DNA of 64,000 nucleotides from Tubiluchus corallicola (Eukaryota; Animalia; Priapulida). The notes beneath the pieces are model-generated. The model made no database searches. It saw only the letters and a program-made list of their open reading frames with translations, and was not told the DNA's origin. The position numbers were made by a program, and so were the translations under genes. The DNA lies in contig JAQGDQ010000506.1 of assembly GCA_030141605.1 (NCBI GenBank), positions 95,983-159,982 of the forward strand, in the 5' to 3' direction. The first letter of the stretch is position 1. Every line of letters begins with the position of its first letter. Of the stretch, positions 55,051 through 64,000 are shown piece after piece.

Positions 55051-55533
55051 CAGGGGTGTGCAAATTATCTGACTAGCCGGGCCACAATAAACATTCCCGC
55101 AATTCCTGCGGGCCACAGACAGTTTGATCAAGGAGCCAAGTACAGAAAGGCCTTATAAACGATTTTTTTTGCATCCGACCTGCGTACATCGTTACTACTA
55201 CACTCAAGAAACTATTTTAGAAGTTATTAAAATTTATATTACAAACCATATATTTCTACTTTCAGGGCAGATAGTGGTAATTTCATTACAATGCATATTA
55301 GTAATGTGTATCACACAGTCTGTGCAATACAGTGTTATTAAGCACAACCGTCTTGTAAGGGTTAATGACATCCGATCTAGTAGAAAAAACTACCCGCACT
55401 ATCTTTGGGATCGTGGCAGGGACTTCAGCTGGGTACACTCAATTAATCACCCGGGCCGCACTTTCATTAGGTTGACAAATCTCTTCGCGGGCCGCACAAA
55501 TTCTCTCGGCGGGCCGCAATTTGCACACCCCTG
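55051..55533 (+). mobile_element. Complete hAT-like MITE
   Basis: TIR CAGGGGTGTGCAAATT ... AATTTGCACACCCCTG; imperfect 8-bp TSD ATATAGTC / ATATAAAC. Confidence 0.88.
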
Positions 55534-55654
55534 ATATAAACTTCAGCTACTGTTATGAATAAATACTGTATTGTAAGTACTGTGGGATTTGAAAGATGCA
55601 CATCTGTCCTTCAACAAGCGCGTTTTCTTGGGTTGTTTTACATGTTTTGTTATA

Positions 55655-56014
55655 CAGGCCTCACTCAAGGAGCTCAGCATGGATATCCGCTCAATGGAAA
55701 CCCTTGCACAAGATCGCTCAGCATGGCGAAGTGTCATCACCACAGGGGCTAAGACAGCAGAGGCGAAAAGAATTGAGGATGCAGAGGAGAAGCACAGGAG
55801 ATGTAAGACACGTGACACTGCCCAACAACAGGTCCAAACACCCAGCCTCACCTGTGCCAAATGCCAAAGAAGTTTCCAGGCCAGAATTGGCCTAGTCAGT
55901 CACCTTCGAGCTCATCAAAAGAATGATAACCCCTCAAAATGACCTTTTATCCCTGTCACTATGGTCATCTTCGATTCGAAGGACAAACATCATCATCATC
56001 ATCATCATCATCAT
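55655..56014 (+). mobile_element. 3' fragment of an RTE-clade LINE
   Basis: ORF end METLAQDRSAWRS...CAKCQRSFQARIGLVSHLRAH, short 3' UTR ATGGTCATCTTCGATTCGAAGGAC and (CAT)n tail. Confidence 0.85.
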
Positions 56015-56114
56015 TAACATGCGGACTATGTAATTTCCTATAATTCGGGAAATGGCATTTTTATAGCTGTGATTACAGTTAAAAGACATAAACGTTTTTG
56101 AGCAGATCAGATAC

Positions 56115-56483
56115 TGTTGTGTTTTGTTTCTCTCGGAACTCTCGTAGAGAAAGCCAGAAAACACGCCGTCAAATTAAACTAGTTTATTAAGTGAGAATTC
56201 TACAACACAAAAGTATGAAGGAACGCGAAATGTTTACTGTAAACGTGAAAATCTGGAAAACGTTTGAGTGTATCTGAAAATACAAGTATACAAGAGAATG
56301 TGTAAGTGGCATTCGTGTGAATCTGTGTGCCTGTGTCAGCGGCCTGTTTCGCCTTATATAGGGTGCCAGGGAACATTCTAGACGTTTCTTTCCAGAACAT
56401 TCTACACGGTAAGACGATTATTCTAACGGAACATTCTAAAATGCTCCACTTAATTCTAATAGATGCCAGCGATCTCCACAACA
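56115..56483 (-). mobile_element. Solo LTR (369 bp), same family as 43270..43638
   Basis: TG...CA termini; 5-bp TSD GATAC (56110-56114, 56484-56488). Confidence 0.9.
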
Positions 56484-56847
56484 GATACATAATGCATTTT
56501 GTGGACTAATCGGAATTTAAACCAAATGGACACTTGGGACTGCCTCGTCGATGGTGTTACTACCGTTTACATGGAAAGTTGGATTGAACAGTATATGCAC
56601 ATTAACTGGATATAATAAAAATAGATTTTCGCTACAATTGATAAAATTGTCTTTTTGAATGAATTGTATTTTCCATTGCCTTGTCTTGCCGTGCTTCGCC
56701 TTATTTTACATTGCTCTAGTTGATAGGCTAATAATGCGAACTGAACATTATTGGTCTCTAAATCTAAGAAAGTGATTTACGTATCTGGAAGTTTTTGTAA
56801 CTGTCTTGTGAGAGACTCAAAAAAACTGTTACAATACCATCAGTATC

Positions 56848-58079
56848 AGGGGATTCCACAAACTTAACAAGATACAGTACCCTCACGAGCAAATTAAATA
56901 TCTCAATACAAGGGACTCCACAGACTTAACAAGATACAGTACCCTCATGAGCAACTTAAATATCTCAATACAAGGGACTCCACAGACTTAACAAGATACA
57001 GTACCCTCATGAGCAACTTAAATATCTCAATACAAGGGACTCCACAGACTTAACAAGATACAGTACCCTCATGAGCAACTTAAATATCTCAATACAAGGG
57101 ACTCCACAGACTTAACAAGATACAGTACCCTCATGAGCAACTTAAATATCTCAATACAAGGGACACCACAGACTTAACAAGATACAGTACCCTCATGAGC
57201 AACTTAAATATCTCAATACAAGAGACTCCACAGACTTAACAAGATACAGTACCCTCATGAGCAACTTAAATATCTCAATACAAGGGACTCCACAGATTTA
57301 ACAAGATACAGTACCCTCATGAGCAACTTAAATATCTCAATACAAGGGACTCCACAGACTTAACAAGATACAGTACCCTCATGAGCAACTTAAATATCTC
57401 AATACAGGACACCAACTTAACAAGATACAGTACCCTCATGAGCAACTTAAATATCTCAATACAGGGACTCCACAGCTTAACAAGATACAGTACCCTCATG
57501 AGCAACTTAAATATCTCAATACAGGGACTCCACAGACTTAACAAGATACAGTACCCTCATGAGCAACTTAAATATCTCAATACAAGGGACTCCACAGACT
57601 TAACAAGATACAGTACCCTCATGAGCAACTTAAATATCTCAATACAAGGGACTCCACAGACTTAACAAGATACAGTACCCTCATGAGCAACTTAAATATC
57701 TCAATACAAGGGACTCCACAGACTTAACAAGATACAGTACCCTCATGAGCAACTTAAATATCTCAATACAAGGGACTCCACAGACTTAACAAGATACAGT
57801 ACCCTCATGAGCAACTTAAATATCTCAATACAAGGGACACCACAGACTTAACAAGATACAGTGCCCTCATGAGCAACTTAAATATCTCAATACAAGGGAC
57901 TCCACAGACTTGACAAGATACAGTGCCCTCACGAGCAACTTAAATATCTCAATACAAGGGACTCCACAGACTTGACAAGATACAGTACCCTCACGAGCAA
58001 CTTAAATATCTCAATACAAGAGACTCCACAGACTTAACAAGATACAGTACCCTCACGAACAACTTAAATATCTCAATAC
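56848..58079. repeat. 62-bp minisatellite, ~20 copies
   Basis: Unit ACAAGGGACTCCACAGACTTAACAAGATACAGTACCCTCATGAGCAACTTAAATATCTCAAT, head-to-tail with no spacers. Confidence 0.97.
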
Positions 58080-58633
58080 TGTAATTACTTGTGCATTAGT
58101 GATTGTGTAATTGACTGCTGCTGGTCACTTCTCGTGGCTCTTGCTCAATTGCATGACTTTACTAGCGTTGTTCTGCTATAAAAATGTTCGTGTTCTAGCA
58201 AAAGATTTTTGACTAAAGACATAGTGACAGAGCGTCCTAAGGGCCGTCGTTATGCTGACGACGGTGACAGCTTTGTGATGACGACATCTTTTGTTCGCAA
58301 TGTTACTAAGATTGCTTTGTCATCAGTGTCACTGACGTAATATTTGCATCACCAACCCAGTTAACCAACAAGACGTATAGCCTTAAAATGACCAGCATAA
58401 AGACTGTAGACTTCAGATCTTATAGAAAGTTTAAAGCCAGTGGCTTGTCAGCACTTCAAAGAAGCAATGCAGAAAGAAAAGAAAAACATTTTAAATAATT
58501 AATAATTTTCTTTTCCAGTTACATAAGTCTTTCTAGTAGGTAAGCGAAAAACTAAGGAACATAGATTTGCACGGAATGTCTTTTGAGACATAATTTAACA
58601 TTGCCTTTCCTTCCCTCGATTTACATTTGGCAC

Positions 58634-58811
58634 ATGACGTCATGTAATGGCGACTTCGAAACAGTATTGCGGGAGATTTAAAATGAAAACAAACTAAAAT
58701 TCCTTTCAGTGCGAGTAAGATATACGCATAAAATTGCTATAAAGTAATACAATTTTTAAAGACGATTTTTCTGAAACCTACTTCAGGTACACCCCTTTTC
58801 TTGTCTTTTAA
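58634..58811 (-). mobile_element. Second copy of the TTAA-terminated element at 541..710
   Basis: Reverse-complement similarity (GCGGGAGATTTAAAATGAAAACAAAC, ATAAAATTGCT). Confidence 0.55.
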
Positions 58812-59344
58812 ATCATTTTTTGCGTAAGACACTTGAAAATTAAAATTGCTAACCTGTTACTTTAACTAATTTTTAAAAACGCGTGTATATAGGCCTGTGA
58901 ACGCTATAAAAACAGTTGTGCATTAGCTGTAAAAATTGTGTAAAGGCTTTAAGCCTGCGCATGCGCACCACCGTGTTTTGAAGCGATTAAAAGTAACGAA
59001 TCAATAAAGCGTTGCTTTTCCCAACTATGTGTGTTACATTAAGAAATTGAAAAATTCTTTCATACAACAAAGGCGATGTGACGAATATGAATGTGATTAG
59101 GCTTCAAATGACTTTGCGACAACATGCACAGAATTTCTCAGTAAACTTCGTGATTTAATTATGACATGATTTTTATTATTAAACACATTTTGTAACAATA
59201 AGCACATGCTTGTATATATTTATTAACAACACCTATCATATCATATGCAATTGCAACTATATAGAAACATTGTTTATTACAAGAATGTGTTGTTTTCTTT
59301 AACAGTTCCAATGGTATGTAAAGTTTGCAGAATATAAGTGAACA

Positions 59345-59634
59345 TATAACGTTGTTATTTTAACTTAAGAGCAATAATTAAATTGAAATTTAAGAAGATT
59401 AAATTTAACATCCTTAAACTTTACCACCTATCCACATTTGAGATACCAATGTCACATTTGACTTGACGTGTGTCAACATTTGACTTACTAAAAACGCTTA
59501 AGATTTCTTGAAAACCATTGTTAACACATTTGAACTACCAAAGTCTACATTTGAGTTAACGTAGGTCTACATTTGAATTACCTAAATCTACATTTGAGTT
59601 AACGTAGGTCTACATTTTACATGTAAAACCTATA
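59345..59634 (-). mobile_element. Partial inverted copy of the MITE at 40616..41059
   Basis: Reverse complement of 40616-40903, including the terminal TGTAAAACCTATA. Confidence 0.8.
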
Positions 59635-60976
59635 TAATAGAACTATTTTCTACGGACGATTATTTGTAGCTTGTACGGCAGCGACAATCTGATAAAACCT
59701 TGCCCACAAAACCGTAAAATCTAACTGTGTAAAATTTAATTGTTTCATTCATTCATATGCATAACATATTTCATATTCATTTGACCCATTCAAACTGCTG
59801 GCCCGGTATCGCCGTGTGCTTATGAACACACAAGTGGAATTATTAGTCTATAAACGGTTTCCAAATCGTGAAAGTTTCCTCGGATTGCTCTAATAATGGT
59901 CAGAATGTTCCAATAATACAGTCTATTGAGTTCTATACATTTTAAACGTCTATTGCATTTTTAACGGACAAAAATTATTGTGCACATATAATAAATTATA
60001 TAGTAACTCTCAAAGCCATAGGCTAAACAATCAAAAGCAAAAATTATACCACACAACGCATAATGGTAACAAAAAGCGTACTTGGACGTAACTTTTTAAA
60101 AGATACAGAGAGTCTAACCACTTATTTCTGATGTCAAAATCATCATCTGGGTTTTAAGAATTTTAAAAATAAGACGTGTGCTAAGCGAACAATCTATATA
60201 AATAAATACATGAACATATATATATAGGCTCGACATTTCAGTTCTTTATCAAAAACAATTTTCTTTACTTTTCCTTGATGCATAATACTGTTATACCAGA
60301 AGTGCCAAATGCATTCAAAAGGCAACTAGGCTACGACAGCTACGAAATTTTTTAACCCGAGAACAGGGAACAGGACCTGTTAAAGGCTCAGATCGACTTG
60401 GAAAACGGTGGGCTCGATAATCAGTTCACGCTGTGGTTGCAGAAAATAAGAATAATTGAAATCTAAGTCTGGTATCATAAAAATAATAAGGCTCTTAACC
60501 TATTTAGCGTATTCTATTGAGCAGGTTTTATCATCAAGACAAATGTTTTACAACAATTCAACAGCTGCTGAACATTTTTGACAAAAATGTCCTTTCCCGC
60601 TGCTATTTCCTTTTTGTCAGGTTCACTGTCACAATAACTTGCGGTCAAATGTCACTGATCTAATATTCTCTCATTTGTTCTCTATTTCACCAGCTCTGGC
60701 GGTTATCCTCCTAATTCAGGAAGCAGTACAAGTAAGACGTAATAAAAAATCTACTACAAAAGCATACAAAGCCACGACGAGCAGCATAAATGTTGAAGCT
60801 CAAAATTTTCTGTCTTTATCAGTCACTCTAGCTGTTTCTGCCTTAAATAACTGCCACCATCAATTAACGGCCATTAGCGATTTCACAGACGGTTTCATAC
60901 TACACCTCCGCACTTCCAACTGTCACCGTCGATATCGACGAAGCAATCGTAACTCGTCACTAAATTTGAAATTTTG

Positions 60977-61725
60977 TCACCACGGGCGGCGCCACTGGAG
61001 AGTGAGAAAAATGGCGATGGCTCCACTAAGAGCGATATTCCAATGGTTTTGTGGCAGAAAACATCCAGAATTACATAAGTCGTAGTCACAGTAGCAGTTA
61101 ACGCTCATTCCTTGCTCCAGTGGTACCTTGTAACATCCGCTCTTGGGCTTAAGGCTCCTATACATCATTGGTAAGCAACCTCTTTCTATGTGAACTAGCG
61201 TTCCTACAAAAAATATAACACTAGTTATTGCACAACGTACTATATATTACACACTCAGTTTCCTGCACTGATAATGTCGTAAGAAAGCATTAAGTGCCTA
61301 AATTTGGAAGCGAGTCGTCGCCATCTTTTCAAGTAAAAGAACGTTTTTCGAAAAAAATATAACTTAAACTATCTTTTAATGAAGCCACAATAATTCGAAG
61401 CGGGTAAATAGTGCTTTGCTTTTGTCCGCTTGAGTTCGATACTTGCTGTGAGCCGTTTACCCTGTAGAGGGAGGATCCATGGCTAAAATACTCGCTGCCA
61501 GTTCAATGAATTACTTTATAATGTAAGTTACATCTGATTATGAGCCAAATTCCTTTCTCAACACAAATATGAACACCTTGTGCTCCAGCTTGCAATGTGT
61601 CAAAATGTAAAAAATAAAAAATAAAACCAAATCTGACTCAAAAAGAGAAAATGCAAGAAAGAGTTCAGTTAGCAAGGCAATGCCTTAGGTCACTAGTTCA
61701 AACACAAAGCTTGCCATTAAGACAC

Positions 61726-61778
<53 letters not shown>

Positions 61779-61821
61779 ATAGTAGTAGTAGTAGTAGTAG
61801 TAGTAATAGTAGTAGTAGTAA

Positions 61822-61872
<51 letters not shown>

Positions 61873-61920
61873 CAGTAGCAGTAGCAGTAGCAGTAGCAGT
61901 AGCAGTAGCAGTAGCAGTAG

Positions 61921-61951
<31 letters not shown>

Positions 61952-63158
61952 AGCAGTAGTAGTAGCAGTAGTAGTAAAAAATCTTTATTTGCCATTTTAA
62001 AAACATTGACCATCATAATAAAAGACAGACAATCAGTGTTAGTTCATAAAAAACATACACTGTTCTAGGCAAGTGCGTCTGGTGCAAGCTAAACTATAAG
62101 TGCAACTAGAAATTCAAAAATAAAGTATAAACTAGTTTAATAAGGTCTAGGAAAAATGAAATTATGATTTGAGTAAGTATCATCGTGTTCGTATGTCGGA
62201 TATTCAAAACGAGTCATTAAATGTTTTTTTTTAATTTAGACTTGAATATTGATAAACAGCTGTCTTTATCATGTCGATAAAGATCATAAGTCTTTATCGA
62301 CGTGCATATCCTTAGCTCTCTAAGAAGTACAGCATGAGACTCCCTTAATATACGTGCCCACAAGGTTCACAATTACGGTGCCATCTGTACACAGAGAACT
62401 ACGACCACCCGAGGAGAGTAGTTTGATTTAAATTATAACGATATTATTAAATAAGCAATGCTCAGTAAATTCCGTCATTGAGTATTTTTATTCTTCAGCA
62501 TTTTGCTTTACAGGCGAGTTCAGAAATTTCGGAAATAGACCCTAGTACAATACACACCTCACCATGTCGATAATATCCTCATAAATAAGAACAAAAGATG
62601 AAATATTTCCTCATTGGATGAAAGCTTAACACAAAGTAACTTCATTGTGACCTGGATTATTAACGAGAGTTTTGTGGTTTTCAGTTTTGGATAGCTATAA
62701 ACTATTTCTAATGTCCCTGTTTGTGCGGAATACGTAAAAATGGAGTATCGTTGTTCGTACGGAAGTAAACATATTGCATTTTAAGATACTTTTTCTTACA
62801 TTATCAGACAACAGTCGTGACACGCAGTAATTTCTGTTAAAACTATTAGGGCTTCATGTATAAACCATCTATCGTAAAGATATCGGAAGTATTTGTGTGA
62901 AGAAAAATCTGTGCCATGTAGACCAGGCTTAATATACGGCTAAGTACAAAAACATCATGATTAAAATTTTACCGTTATTTATGGACGTTGTAAGTTTAAT
63001 GCAAGCCGCGTGACGAGTACTACATTCCTTCACTTGGGTCATACGATGATCAAAGTGACCAGGGGTGCATCTTGACCTCATCATTGACTTGTCAACCAGA
63101 TCCTTCCCGTTTGCCTCAGGTGACCACGAACAGGTAAAACAGCGTAGTGCTCTAACAA
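60977..63158 (-). CDS. Ly6/uPAR three-finger (quiver/sleepless-like) GPI-anchored protein; last two exons complement(join(60977..61203,62973..63158)); signal-peptide exon not found
   Basis: Phase-1 GT-AG junctions give ALRCFTC...RC...KEC...ACIK...IERGC...SGC...NCYCDYDLCNSG (10 Cys), followed by a hydrophobic GPI-type tail NIALSGAIAIFLTL. Confidence 0.85.
61728..61976. repeat. (TAG)n/(CAGTAG)n/(CAG)n microsatellite, intronic
   Basis: Directly visible. Confidence 0.95.
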
Positions 63159-63299
63159 CTGAAAAATGAAACAAACAAAATCATTAAACGTCAACACTGA
63201 ACAACACTGATTGATTGATTGGCTGATTGGCCACTTGGTTGCTTGGCCGCTTGGCCGCTTGGCCGCTTGGCCGCTTGGCCGCTCAGCTGGCTGGCTGGC

Positions 63300-63830
63300 T
63301 GACTGACTGACTGACTGACTGACTGACTGACTGGCTGACTGACTGATTGATTATGATGTTATTTCAGGCAAGAAAGTCCATATAAAAAATAAAATCATGA
63401 ACCCGTGAAATTAAAATAGCCTTAACTAAAATCTAATTACTAAAAATAAAGTTTAAATTAATTACAGACAAACACATGTATACAAGCAAACGATTATAGG
63501 AATATAATTACGTTTACACGGTTATCACTTAAATACACAATACATTAATACACAATCAATAAACATATTATTTAAAATTCATAAATTCAAGTAGTAAAAT
63601 CGTTAGGTCTACGGAACATAAGTGACCTGCATTTCGCACGCCAAATACAATGAATATAAGCGTCACTCTGTAAAATAGATTTAATGTATAAATTAGAAGT
63701 ATTAAAAAGTCTATTTCTAAAAGAAAATAGAAACTTGCGCATAAGTACGTTAAAATGTGGGATGCCTAAATATGCTGTCATTTCACGTGCACTGCAATCA
63801 TGAGGAAGCGAAAAGAGTTTGAACAGGATT
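63300..63830 (-). mobile_element. 3' fragment of a non-LTR retrotransposon (RTEX-like)
   Basis: Minus frame LFSLPHDCSAREMTAYLGIPHFNVLMRKFLFSFRNRLFNTSNLYIKSIL, then a 3' UTR ending TATGGAC...CTGAAATAA and a (TCAG)n tail. The clade call is tentative. Confidence 0.6.
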
Positions 63831-64000
63831 CACAACAAACAAGAACCAATTTTAGGTTTTCGTAAGGAAAATGGGGCGGGCGAGGAAATGGGTAATCGCC
63901 CTCCCCTGGAAAGGAAAGTATTATATTGGAGTGCCGTCTGCTCATAACGGCCCACGGCCCACACCGTGCGGTATGTCTTAATTATGTCATTCAACGCCTC

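Noticed and set aside
56848-58079. CRISPR-like appearance of the 62-bp, 35-bp and 81-bp arrays
   Set aside because: Units are head-to-tail with no unique spacers, there are no cas genes, and the context is eukaryotic.
60639-61085. 148-aa plus-strand ORF
   Set aside because: Antisense to the last exon and 3' UTR of the Ly6-like gene, starts at TTG and has no domain.

Overview
AT-rich, intron-containing animal (invertebrate) genomic DNA; the 5S-derived heads look lophotrochozoan-like, which is an inference. No prokaryotic features or CRISPR arrays. Host genes reconstructed by hand: a two-exon LRR/LRRCT single-pass membrane protein (minus, 4324-7506); a class A GPCR (9513-10888) whose first 18 codons are amplified into an 81-bp tandem array and whose ECL2/TM5 region is replaced by microsatellite; a three-exon secreted Spaetzle/neurotrophin-like cystine-knot protein (50767-52476) that the ORF track does not assemble; the last two exons of a GPI-anchored Ly6/quiver-like three-finger protein (minus, 60977-63158); a decayed ankyrin-repeat gene (2737-3400); and a possible gene end at the left edge. 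Mobile DNA dominates: an intact 8.85-kb Gmr1-type Ty3/Gypsy element (integrase before RT, 1.18-kb LTRs, no TSD); four copies of a 5S-rRNA-headed SINE with a bipartite RTE-like body; a cluster of short (GAT)n-tailed retroposons; two solo LTRs with 5-bp TSDs; LINE 3' fragments; Helitron ends; MITEs of several superfamilies. There are also many mini- and microsatellites. All family assignments come from motif recognition, not database searches.
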